Shown one piece after another: positions 9,043 to 18,985 of a DNA stretch of 64,000 bases (the first letter of the stretch is position 1; each line of letters opens with the position of its first letter). The translations under genes were made by a program, and so were the position numbers. This stretch comes from a virus. The stretch covers positions 1 to 64,000 of the IMG/VR virus record IMGVR_UViG_3300037486_000467; one strand, written 5' to 3'. The notes beneath the pieces are model-generated. The model saw only the letters and a program-made list of their open reading frames with translations. It was not told the origin of the DNA and did no database searches.

Positions 9043-11522
9043 AACTAGTACAAGAACATATAAATGAAAAGTTTACATCAGAATCTGATCCAATAAAAGA
9101 TATGGGTATAGGTGTTAATGTTATTAAACTTGTTTGCGCCGCGGTATTATCAAATGATTCTACTGATTATAGAGATTTAACTCCAAAAACAATTAAAATG
9201 ATATTATCTAATTTTAGTAATTATTATGATTATAAAGAGATAGTATTTGCAGATGACGAAGATAACACCTATGGTACAGAAGATATGAATAACAAATATT
9301 TTGAATATCAAGGAAAAATATATCATATTGGAGAAGAAGAAACTTTAAACGAAAAGTTTACTGAAGATTCAGATTCTATAAAAGATATGGGTATAGGCGT
9401 GTATTCCAAAAGAGATTTTCCAGATTTACTATCTTTTCATGAATGGCTTTGTCTAGCAACACCCGTTATATGTAATATTAAAAAAGTTGAAGACATATTT
9501 AAATATGCAAATAAAAGACGCATAAATCAAACTTGTTATGATAAATTATTAGATTATAGTAATGAATATGTAACAATTAAAGGAGAACGTCTTGATAATA
9601 TAATATATCTTCAAAATTTTGTAGAATTAATTAAAGCAAAGGTTAAAGAACAAAAGAGTGTTAACGAAAAGTTTACTGAGGATTCAGATCCTATAAATGA
9701 TTTAGGCATAGGTATATTACATCGTCGCAAATTTGATACAGTTAAAGAAGCAGCAGAATTTTACGTAGAACATATAAACCTATTATCAAAAGGAATGTTT
9801 AAATCTAAAGAAGATTTAAAAGAATATCTTTCTGGAATTGGAAAAGGTAATTATTCAGAAACTAGAAGTTTGTTGCGTGCAGTTAAAAACTTTGTAGATG
9901 GATATGATGGAGAATTTAAAAACTTAGTTATTAAGGAAATAGATGAGTGGAATAAATTGCAATACGTTATAAGACTCAGAAATGCTATAAGAGAAATATT
10001 TGATTTTATAGATGAAGCGTTTACTGCAGATTCAGATCCAATCAGAGATATGGGTATTGGAATCTTTAAACGAAAAATGAATTTTACAAATCAAGAAGAA
10101 CTTGTTGATGCAATATTAACTTTAGTACCGTCTATTCTTGGAACAGATAAAATACCCGAAGATATTATTAATACTGATCATAATATTTTACTACCACATT
10201 ATTATCATACAATAAATTTATATCTTTATAAATATTTTACTTATAATAATAAGCTCGTATCTGAATCTAACACAGAATGGTGTCTTGCTTTAAGACAAAA
10301 ATTAAGAGACATAGGATTTGAACACCCTAAAAGTAGCATTGATAGATTACCAAGAGTGAATGAAAAGTTTACCGTAGATTCAGATCCTATACATGATATG
10401 GGAATTGGAGATGAGATAGAGTGGGAAAATTTAAAGGAAGGCGATATACTATACAATGATGATACTTTTATGATAGTTAAAGGAACTCCAAAAAAAGATG
10501 GCGATATATTAGAAATAATTACAATTCCATTTCCATTTGGTAATAATAAACAAGGTAGAGATACATTAGTAACTATCTTAAAAGGTAGACAACATTATGT
10601 TGATCTTTATTTAAATTCAGAACGTAGGAAGACACTTTCCAATTGGCAAAAAGAATTTAAAATTCTTCAACCACGAGAAATTAAAAAATATTTAAACGAA
10701 ACATTTACTTCAGATTCTGATCCAATACATGATTTAGGTATAGGTATATTATCAAGACTTAAACTATTTGATGTTCTTAGATGTAAAGAAAGAATAGAGG
10801 CACATCTTGAAACTGGGAAGTATAAATTTTATATTGAGCCAGGTGAATATTCTGTTATAATACAAAATATTGATTTTAAATCAAATGAAGTTGAACTTGT
10901 AGTAGCAACATATAGTCATTATCCACATCATTTTATGGAAGCAGATATACCGTATATAGGTAAAGAACATGTAAGTTTACCTATAGATAAATTCTCTGAT
11001 CACTTTGAAATCGTTAAGAGTGATGTTCTACAAGAGAAATTTACAGATGAAACTGATCCTATTGTAGATATGGGAATTGGAATGACTACTCATTTTAAAG
11101 AACTGATGAAATTATTTGGAAACGCAGATACAAAAAAATATATTTATAGCATAGTTATTGACGATTCAGAATTTATAGATTTTTGGTTTTATAGAAATAA
11201 TATTAAATTCTTACCTAAGAATGAAATTAAAGATTTATTTAAGTATGTTACAAATATTATTGATCAACTAGGATTTAGTTACATATTAGATGCCGTTAAA
11301 TTCATTGAGGGTTATTCAGGAGACGGATCGAAAGAAGAGGCGGATAATGATGAATTACCAAGAATGATAAGATTTAAAGTACATCCACAATTTCAAGAAA
11401 TATTTAAACTTGGACATTATAGAAGAAGCGCCAGCGCGTATGATTATAATTCTAATATAGATGATCAATTTTATTTTTATAGTAGTAATGATGATAACTA
11501 TCCATATAGAATAATTAGATGA
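9039..11522 (+). CDS. Tagged 7-module polyprotein
   Basis: Seven tag copies, preceded by INE/LNE/VNE/IDE/VNE/LNE/LQE. Confidence 0.9.
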   Translation: MKLVQEHINEKFTSESDPIKDMGIGVNVIKLVCAAVLSNDSTDYRDLTPKTIKMILSNFSNYYDYKEIVFADDEDNTYGTEDMNNKYFEYQGKIYHIGEEETLNEKFTEDSDSIKDMGIGVYSKRDFPDLLSFHEWLCLATPVICNIKKVEDIFKYANKRRINQTCYDKLLDYSNEYVTIKGERLDNIIYLQNFVELIKAKVKEQKSVNEKFTEDSDPINDLGIGILHRRKFDTVKEAAEFYVEHINLLSKGMFKSKEDLKEYLSGIGKGNYSETRSLLRAVKNFVDGYDGEFKNLVIKEIDEWNKLQYVIRLRNAIREIFDFIDEAFTADSDPIRDMGIGIFKRKMNFTNQEELVDAILTLVPSILGTDKIPEDIINTDHNILLPHYYHTINLYLYKYFTYNNKLVSESNTEWCLALRQKLRDIGFEHPKSSIDRLPRVNEKFTVDSDPIHDMGIGDEIEWENLKEGDILYNDDTFMIVKGTPKKDGDILEIITIPFPFGNNKQGRDTLVTILKGRQHYVDLYLNSERRKTLSNWQKEFKILQPREIKKYLNETFTSDSDPIHDLGIGILSRLKLFDVLRCKERIEAHLETGKYKFYIEPGEYSVIIQNIDFKSNEVELVVATYSHYPHHFMEADIPYIGKEHVSLPIDKFSDHFEIVKSDVLQEKFTDETDPIVDMGIGMTTHFKELMKLFGNADTKKYIYSIVIDDSEFIDFWFYRNNIKFLPKNEIKDLFKYVTNIIDQLGFSYILDAVKFIEGYSGDGSKEEADNDELPRMIRFKVHPQFQEIFKLGHYRRSASAYDYNSNIDDQFYFYSSNDDNYPYRIIR

Positions 11523-11908
11523 AGTTAGTAAGAGAACATATTAACGAGAAGTTTACTGAAGATTCAGATCCAATTCATGATTTAGGAATTGGTGGTATGT
11601 GTGCTGCCGGTTCTATTTTAAGAACTAAACGTGAAGTTCCTTGTATTAAAGACGAACCTTATTGTTGTATTAGTAAAGATGACAAAAGTACAGGTTCATA
11701 TATGATAGCGGATTCACTTTGGTTTGTAATAAGTGTTCTTTCGCGTAAAAAAGATTTTATGATCAGATTAAAAGCAATGCAAAATTTGAAACACGCTAAA
11801 TTGTACGCGAAATATGAAAGAAATGATTCTTATCCAGATTGGGTTCCATTTAATATTAAACTTTCATATAATGAATTAAAAAAATATTTTGAAATAGTTT
11901 CAACATGA
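11519..11908 (+). CDS. Tagged single-module protein (paralog of 13514..13897)
   Basis: GGMCAAGSILRTK... aligns end to end with GGMCTTGSIIKTK... Confidence 0.85.
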   Translation: MKLVREHINEKFTEDSDPIHDLGIGGMCAAGSILRTKREVPCIKDEPYCCISKDDKSTGSYMIADSLWFVISVLSRKKDFMIRLKAMQNLKHAKLYAKYERNDSYPDWVPFNIKLSYNELKKYFEIVST

Positions 11909-13527
11909 AATTAGTTAGAGAACATATTAACGAGAAGTTTACTATAGATTCAGATCCTGTACATGATTTAGATATAGGCATGAAAGCAGCGTGGGATTCT
12001 ATAAAAAGCGGTTCTATTTTGAGAATTACAAAACCAATAAATCGTTCTCACCCAAAAAATTCTTATGTTGTAGTAGAAGGTATAAATAATAGAGGCGCAG
12101 ATTATATACAATTTAGTTATTATGGATATAAAAATAAAGAAGCTTTATTAAAGCATGGAAATACAAGTTCAAAGTATCATTTTCATTATGGCTGGCACAT
12201 ATCGTTTGATTTTTTCAAAGAATATATGGAACTTGTATATCTACCAGATTTAAATGAAAAGTTTAGTAAAGATTCAGATCCGATACAAGATATGGGCATA
12301 AGCGGTATTTACATTGAAGATATAGTAAGAGAAATAAAAGATGTAGACAAACAATATGAAAACAGAATATACATTACATTTGAGGGAAATAAAGTTGCAA
12401 AAATTCAAATGGGAGTTAAAGGTTATTATGGAAAAGAAGAATTTGATTATGTAAGAAAAATACTTAAAAAAACAAATTATAATCATATTTTCCGCGGATT
12501 TCAAGTAAATCCAACATACGATAATGAATTATTGTTATATACTAAACCTGAATACCGCAATATTATTAAATATACTCATAAACATCCTGAAATTGAAAAA
12601 TATCATTATTGGTTTTATTCTGAAGAATCATTAAATGAAAAGTTTACTTCAGATTCAGATCCTATAAGTGATTTGGGTATAGGTTTAATGTCTGAAGTAC
12701 GGAAATTTTTCGCAGAATATAAAGAAGATCTTACTGTTAGCGAAAAAATAAACAAAGATTATACAGAACTTGACGAAATGCTATTACTTTGTGTTGATAA
12801 AGAGAAATATACTTATGTTGAATACCTTTTAAGTATTGGAGCGAATCCGAATACAAGTATAGGTATTCATGAAAAAGGATATTGCTCTCTTCCATTAAGA
12901 TATGCTATTTGGCATAATAATGTAGATATTGTTGAATTGCTTATAAAGTATGGAGGAGATATTGCAAAATGTGGTATAACTGATGAAAGTCATTTAGGCG
13001 AGTTTATAAATATGGGTCATTATCTAAGTGAAGAATTAAAAACTATTATTAGAAGTTCATTTAAAAATAAATCAAAAAGGATATCTAAAAATAAGGCAAA
13101 AAGTATATTTAAAAAGAAAGCAGATAGGACTGATGAAAGTATTGTTAATGAGAAGTTTACTGGAGATTCAGATCCTATACACGATTTGGGTATAGGTATG
13201 AAAGTTTTAATAGAAAAATTTCTAAGTAAATTTGAAGACGGCTTGAAATGGACTGATAGATATAAGCTACAAAAATGTATTGAGCATAAACATTACGATT
13301 TTGCAGAATATATTATATTACATAGTAAAAACTTAAAGAGTGATTATATATACATATTATCTGATTTAGCGTATCATAGAAATTGGGAAGGCATGAAATA
13401 TCTAATAAGTAAAGGCGCAAGTTTAAATGGTGCTATTAGATATGCAAAAAAATGTCATCTTGATCATACTACTCAGGGTTTATTAGATTTTAAAACATAT
13501 TGGGCAAATATAGATGAAGTTAGTTAG
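11905..13527 (+). CDS. Tagged 4-module polyprotein (modules 3-4 ankyrin-like)
   Basis: Four tags; YVEYLLSIGANPN...PLRYAIWHNNVDIVELLIKYGGDI. Confidence 0.88.
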   Translation: MKLVREHINEKFTIDSDPVHDLDIGMKAAWDSIKSGSILRITKPINRSHPKNSYVVVEGINNRGADYIQFSYYGYKNKEALLKHGNTSSKYHFHYGWHISFDFFKEYMELVYLPDLNEKFSKDSDPIQDMGISGIYIEDIVREIKDVDKQYENRIYITFEGNKVAKIQMGVKGYYGKEEFDYVRKILKKTNYNHIFRGFQVNPTYDNELLLYTKPEYRNIIKYTHKHPEIEKYHYWFYSEESLNEKFTSDSDPISDLGIGLMSEVRKFFAEYKEDLTVSEKINKDYTELDEMLLLCVDKEKYTYVEYLLSIGANPNTSIGIHEKGYCSLPLRYAIWHNNVDIVELLIKYGGDIAKCGITDESHLGEFINMGHYLSEELKTIIRSSFKNKSKRISKNKAKSIFKKKADRTDESIVNEKFTGDSDPIHDLGIGMKVLIEKFLSKFEDGLKWTDRYKLQKCIEHKHYDFAEYIILHSKNLKSDYIYILSDLAYHRNWEGMKYLISKGASLNGAIRYAKKCHLDHTTQGLLDFKTYWANIDEVS

Positions 13528-13897
13528 AGAACATATCAACGAGAAGTTTATAGAAGATAGCGATCCTATATCAGATATGGGCATCGGTGGTATGTGCACT
13601 ACTGGTTCTATTATAAAAACTAAGAATGATGTTGCTTGCACTAATAAAGATGTACCTTATTGTACTATTAGTACACGTGGTGATTCATATATGCAAGCAA
13701 ACACTTTTTGGGTTGTAACAAAATTTCGTTCAAGCGGAAAAGATTATATAATTAGAGTGAAGGGAATGGAAAATTTAAAACATGCTACATTATACGCAAA
13801 ACATAAAAGAAATAATTCTTATACAAATTGGACTCCATTTAATATTAAGCTTTCTTTTAATGAATTTAAAGAATATTTTGAAGTAGTTCCAATATGA
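13514..13897 (+). CDS. Tagged single-module protein (paralog of 11519..11908)
   Basis: Tag; shared LKHAxLYAK and WxPFNIKLSxNE. Confidence 0.85.
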   Translation: MKLVREHINEKFIEDSDPISDMGIGGMCTTGSIIKTKNDVACTNKDVPYCTISTRGDSYMQANTFWVVTKFRSSGKDYIIRVKGMENLKHATLYAKHKRNNSYTNWTPFNIKLSFNEFKEYFEVVPI

Positions 13898-15366
13898 AAT
13901 TAATACGAGAACATATCAACGAAAAGTTCACTTCAGATTCAGATCCTATATCAGATATGGGAATCGGAATACGTTCTGTAATTGAAAAAGAGCACGAAAA
14001 AATTAATGCTATGTCTCTTTCAGATGCATCATTATATCTTTTTAACAATAAAACTTATATGGCAGCGGTAATAGGTCTTAAACGAATTTTATCTAATATG
14101 TTAAATCAAAGTGTTTATGCAGAAGGAAAAGAGTTAAATGAAATAATTAATAATGCACGGCTAAATTACGGATTATCAGATTTTGGAATGGATCTTATAT
14201 TAAAATTTTTAAAACAAAAAATTAATGCTAGTGTCAAAACAAAAACTAAAAAAACTATAACAGAGAAGTTTACTGCAGATTCTGATCCAGTGAAAGATAT
14301 GGGAATTGGATTTGATCATGTACGAAATTTCGATAATCTTGTAGAAAGAACAGATTGGATTGCTAGAAATCTAGCTCATATATTAGATATGGAAGAAATT
14401 CCTAAAGACATTATTACTGATAAACATCATTATATTAATATGAAATACATAGATGCTATAACAGATTATGCTAGAAAATATCTTAGATATAGAGGAAATG
14501 TATATGAAGAAATTTATTGGATGAATTTAAATAACTCTTTAGAAGATCAAGGATACGTAAACGATTCGTATAATATCGATGAGAAGTTTACTGCTGATTC
14601 TGATCCAATACACGATTTAGGTATAGGTATGCCTGCAATATGGAAAACTTTAAGAAAGGGCGATGTATTAAGATTCAAAAGAACATTACAAATGAAAAAC
14701 TCTAGTAAGGTAGATATACCAAAAAACGTTTATCCTAAAGGAACTTATATTCTTATAAGAAAAGTTGAAAATCGTGATAATGACGAAAAGCTTGTTGGGT
14801 ATACTTATTATAAAACTACTAAAGATAATTTTCTAGAAAGCACACCTTCGCATAGTGCTGATTGGTTTTGGAATTATAAATTTTTTATTACATATTTTGA
14901 TTTTGTTAAAAAGGGAAATATAAAAGAATCTCTTAACGAAAAATTTACTGAAGATTCAGATCCTATAGTTGACTTAGGAATTGGTATAGACAATAGATAT
15001 AAAAAATGGTGCGAATATAAAGACGAAAAACCTTATTCTTATGAGTCATTTGTTACAGCTATCGATGAATTAAAATATGACTTTGTTAAACATTTGTTAA
15101 AGAAGGGATTAGATGTAGATGCAAAGCCAATGAGCAATAAATGGTCATATGGAGCACCTTTAAGATATGCAATATCAACTGGAAATACTAAAATGATAAG
15201 AATATTATTAAATGCTGGCGCTAATCCTAATTATGCTACAATAGCTGGTTGGATGAGGTTTACTAAGATACCTACACGAATTGAGAAGCTTATAAATGAT
15301 AAAATAAAAGAATGGAACGAACAACATCCTAAAGAATTTAATGAGAATAGTACGCGAACATATTAA
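13894..15366 (+). CDS. Tagged 4-module polyprotein (IPxDI, WKTLRKGD and ankyrin modules)
   Basis: Four tags; APLRYAISTGNTKMIRILLNAGANPN. Confidence 0.88.
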   Translation: MKLIREHINEKFTSDSDPISDMGIGIRSVIEKEHEKINAMSLSDASLYLFNNKTYMAAVIGLKRILSNMLNQSVYAEGKELNEIINNARLNYGLSDFGMDLILKFLKQKINASVKTKTKKTITEKFTADSDPVKDMGIGFDHVRNFDNLVERTDWIARNLAHILDMEEIPKDIITDKHHYINMKYIDAITDYARKYLRYRGNVYEEIYWMNLNNSLEDQGYVNDSYNIDEKFTADSDPIHDLGIGMPAIWKTLRKGDVLRFKRTLQMKNSSKVDIPKNVYPKGTYILIRKVENRDNDEKLVGYTYYKTTKDNFLESTPSHSADWFWNYKFFITYFDFVKKGNIKESLNEKFTEDSDPIVDLGIGIDNRYKKWCEYKDEKPYSYESFVTAIDELKYDFVKHLLKKGLDVDAKPMSNKWSYGAPLRYAISTGNTKMIRILLNAGANPNYATIAGWMRFTKIPTRIEKLINDKIKEWNEQHPKEFNENSTRTY

Positions 15367-16135
15367 CGAGAAGTTTACTAACGATTCAGATCCTATACAT
15401 GATCTTGGAATAGGAATGCCTTATATATGGAAGACATTAAAAAGAGGTGATATATTAAGATTTAAGAAGACACTACGTATGAATGGTAGTCATGAAGATA
15501 CAACAGGAAACACATATCATAAAGGAACTTATATTGTTGTATTAAGAGTTAAAGCTGAGGAAAAAGGTGAATGGGGTGATAAAGAAATTACGTATGATTA
15601 TTATAATTCTAAAAACAAAAATTTTTTAGATAATCCACCCGTAGAATCTAGTAATGATTGGACATGGGATTATGAATTTTTTAATGAATTCTTTGAATTA
15701 GTCAGACGAGATTTGAAGGAATCCCTTAATGAAAAGTTTACTGAAGATTCAGATCCTGTACATGATCTTGGAATAGGATATATACACCTAATAGAAGATA
15801 GAATAAAGAAAGCTGGTTATAAAAATTGGCCAAAAAATAGTTATCTTATCGTATGTGCAATACTTGGAGAAAACGAATATATTAAACTTTTATTAGATGA
15901 CGGATGGAATGTACATGAAGATAATGAAGCAGCTTTAAAAAATGCGATTCTTATGAATCGATACGAAACAGTAAAAATATTATTAGAAGCAGGCGCAGAT
16001 GTAAATGTTGAACCTCACCATATAGCGAGAGATGTTTATGAAAAAACAGTATTACAATACGCAAAAGAAGAGGGCGACATTAGAATAGTTAAACTTATTT
16101 TGAAGTATATAGCTAAAAGTAAATTAAATAAATAA
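15341..16135 (+). CDS. Tagged 2-module protein (WKTLKRGD module plus ankyrin module)
   Basis: Two tags; ALKNAILMNRYETVKILLEAGADVN. Confidence 0.88.
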   Translation: MRIVREHINEKFTNDSDPIHDLGIGMPYIWKTLKRGDILRFKKTLRMNGSHEDTTGNTYHKGTYIVVLRVKAEEKGEWGDKEITYDYYNSKNKNFLDNPPVESSNDWTWDYEFFNEFFELVRRDLKESLNEKFTEDSDPVHDLGIGYIHLIEDRIKKAGYKNWPKNSYLIVCAILGENEYIKLLLDDGWNVHEDNEAALKNAILMNRYETVKILLEAGADVNVEPHHIARDVYEKTVLQYAKEEGDIRIVKLILKYIAKSKLNK

Positions 16136-17214
16136 TGATAGCTAAATTTATATACGAAAAGTTTACTGCAGATTCAGATCCAATATCAGATATGGGAATT
16201 GGTATATTGTCAAGACTTAAGCCATTTGATATTCTTAAATGTATCAAAAGAATAAAAGCATATATAGAAGATCAACCACTCGTTTATTTTTTCATAGAAC
16301 CAGGCTATTATTCTGTTATAAATAGTGTTGATTGGAAAAATAGCAATAGTGTTATTTTTAAGTTAGCAACATTTGATAAACCTCCAAGACATTTTGATGC
16401 ACATATTTTTTCATATGGTGGTGTGGAAATTGTAACTATGTCTCCAAATAAGTTTTTTAAGCATTTTGAAATTGTTAAAGACATTAATATTAACGAGAAG
16501 TTTACTGAATATTCAGATCCAATAGCTGACTTAGGAATTGGCGGGATAAAGTCTTTTCTAATTAAAGAACTTCAAAGAGAAGGAGGAACATCTTCAGTTG
16601 ATTCTTCAAGATGTTATTATGGTAATTCTAGATATACAGATGAAGCTTTTGTAGTCTATAAAGTTTTATCTATTATAGTAGAAATAGATAATTATACGCC
16701 TGCTGGTATGCAAGCTGCATTTCAACAAGCTTTAGATGACCCTCATTCATATCGTTCTAAAACTAGAAAAACATTGCGCATAAATAAAGTAATTGAAGCG
16801 TTGTCTAAATTCTTTTACATAGATGTTGTTGATCCTAATAAAACTAAAAAACTTAAAGAATCTTTAAATGAAAAGTTTACTGAAGACACAGATCCAATAG
16901 CTGATCTTGGAATTGGTGGGTTGAAATCTTTTCTAATTAAAGAACTTGATAGAGAAGGACATATAACTTCAATTGATTCTTCGAAAAATTATTATGGTAC
17001 TTCTAAATATCATGATGAAGCTTTTGTAGTCTTTAAAATTTTATCTCGTATTGCAAAAAATGATGATTATACACCTGCGGGTCTGCAAAGCGCATTTAAT
17101 TCCGAATTAAGCTTTCAATATCATTTTGATCCCGAAATTAAGAAGACTTTGCACGTAGATAAAATAATCGAAGCGCTGGCTAAATTCTTTTACGTAAATG
17201 TTGTTCGTCCCTGA
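16135..17214 (+). CDS. Tagged 3-module protein (modules 2 and 3 tandemly duplicated)
   Basis: GGIKSFLIKELQREG / GGLKSFLIKELDREG. Confidence 0.88.
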   Translation: MIAKFIYEKFTADSDPISDMGIGILSRLKPFDILKCIKRIKAYIEDQPLVYFFIEPGYYSVINSVDWKNSNSVIFKLATFDKPPRHFDAHIFSYGGVEIVTMSPNKFFKHFEIVKDININEKFTEYSDPIADLGIGGIKSFLIKELQREGGTSSVDSSRCYYGNSRYTDEAFVVYKVLSIIVEIDNYTPAGMQAAFQQALDDPHSYRSKTRKTLRINKVIEALSKFFYIDVVDPNKTKKLKESLNEKFTEDTDPIADLGIGGLKSFLIKELDREGHITSIDSSKNYYGTSKYHDEAFVVFKILSRIAKNDDYTPAGLQSAFNSELSFQYHFDPEIKKTLHVDKIIEALAKFFYVNVVRP

Positions 17215-17248
17215 TAAAACTTAAGTCTCTTTTCTTCATAGAATCTTT

Positions 17249-18964
17249 ATGGACAATCTCTCTCAGAAACTCGAAGACTTCGCACATACTTTTCTAGATC
17301 CCGATTTCGTCTGGCGCCGCGGACAACGTGAAGCAATCCTTGAAATAGTCGAAGCGTACTCAAAGGGTACGAAAACTGTTATTCTTGACGCTCCAGTCGG
17401 GTCGGGAAAATCTTTGATAGGCATGGCCGTCGCGTGGCTACTAAATTCAGATAAAAAGAAAGGATACATACTCGCTTCTGAACTCTCGTTACAAGAACAG
17501 TACGAGAAAGACTTCTTCCGCTTTCATTTTAACTGGGGATCGATCAAAGGTATAGATAACTATCTTTGTAGCGACACTGGAGACAAGAATTCGCTTGGAA
17601 CTTGTCGTATTCGCAATAAGAATCCCCATACGATGCCTTGTTATGGCGAATGTCCTTACTTCTCAGCTCGATATATCGCGTCTAAGTCTCCGACATCTCT
17701 TCTTAACTACGCGTACTGGCTTATTATGCAAAATTACGTAAATAAGGGAGACGACGATGATCTTTTTCCTCCTCGGGACTTCACGATCTGCGACGAAGGA
17801 CACAAGATCCTTGATATCGTCCAGAATCACTACTCTCCGAGATTTGATGCGAAAACTATCGAAAAAATGCAGAAACTTACAGATTTTTTCACAAATTACA
17901 AAGTTTATGATCATTCGAGTGATCTACGTGCACTAAAAACTGCTTTAAGTAAGCTATATAAGGACGAGAATCAAGATTCTCTACATGAAACTCTGTTAAA
18001 CGTAGAGGAATTACTCGAAGCGTATCTCGAGTCTGTAAAAGTGCTTCGAAAAAAGGTGAGCGATGAGTTTCCGCGGAGTGAGCCACCTAAAGAATGGTTG
18101 CATGCTCTTCGATTAGCGGATTGGGTGAAGGATTTGCACTGCAAAGTAGAGGATTACAACGACATCATAGATCAGACCAGCACACGCAATTTGGTCAAAA
18201 ATCCAAGCGGTTCTGAGGAGCTGACTTTCAACTGTCTGCAAGAATCGTACATGATGAGTAAGTACTTTCACCAGTGGACGGGATTCACGCTGCTGATGAG
18301 CGCGACGTTCTCAGATCCTACGAGTTATCTGAGAAGTATTGCGCTAACAGGAGCAAAGTACATTAAAATGGATAGTAACTTCGACTTCAAGAATTCGCCT
18401 ATAATGTTCTACAATCGGAGACGAATGACGTACAATCAAATGGAGCGAAATTTGCCGTGGCTCTATTCGAAGATTGATGAGATACTTGAGACTCATAAGA
18501 ACGAGAATGGAATCATACATACTGCAAGCTATGACCTCGCGCAGAAGATCTATGAGAACATTCCGAAGCGTCATAGGCGTCGTCTCTTAGTCTATAACGG
18601 AACAGAAGAAAAGAGAGCAGAGTTAGATAAGCTGAAGAGACAAAAGAATAGAGTACTTATGGGGCCGAGTCTGTTAGAAGGACTTGACTTGAAAGACGAT
18701 TGGAGTCGATTCGCTATCTTTGCAAAGGTTCCTTACTTATCTCTAAATGATCGATTTGTTGCAGCGAAGTTGAAAATTAATCCTGAATGGTATCGATGGA
18801 AAGCGATCATCAATGTATTACAAGGCACGGGAAGAAGCGTGAGAAGCGAGACCGACTGGGCAATTACGTACATGCTCGATGGCGCGCTGGCAGATTTGAT
18901 ACATAACAATCGCAAGAGTTTCCCTATTGAATTTATTTCAAGACTCCAGATAATTGACGAATAA
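17249..18964 (+). CDS. DinG/Rad3(XPD)-family SF2 DNA helicase with Fe-S cluster cysteines
   Basis: Q motif RRGQ, Walker A DAPVGSGKS, four Cys (NYLC, GTC, PCYGECPY), ICDEGH, LMSAT, EGLDL, QGTGRSVRSETDWA. Confidence 0.92.
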   Translation: MDNLSQKLEDFAHTFLDPDFVWRRGQREAILEIVEAYSKGTKTVILDAPVGSGKSLIGMAVAWLLNSDKKKGYILASELSLQEQYEKDFFRFHFNWGSIKGIDNYLCSDTGDKNSLGTCRIRNKNPHTMPCYGECPYFSARYIASKSPTSLLNYAYWLIMQNYVNKGDDDDLFPPRDFTICDEGHKILDIVQNHYSPRFDAKTIEKMQKLTDFFTNYKVYDHSSDLRALKTALSKLYKDENQDSLHETLLNVEELLEAYLESVKVLRKKVSDEFPRSEPPKEWLHALRLADWVKDLHCKVEDYNDIIDQTSTRNLVKNPSGSEELTFNCLQESYMMSKYFHQWTGFTLLMSATFSDPTSYLRSIALTGAKYIKMDSNFDFKNSPIMFYNRRRMTYNQMERNLPWLYSKIDEILETHKNENGIIHTASYDLAQKIYENIPKRHRRRLLVYNGTEEKRAELDKLKRQKNRVLMGPSLLEGLDLKDDWSRFAIFAKVPYLSLNDRFVAAKLKINPEWYRWKAIINVLQGTGRSVRSETDWAITYMLDGALADLIHNNRKSFPIEFISRLQIIDE

Positions 18965-18985
18965 ATAAAATAAAGTCAATCGTTC

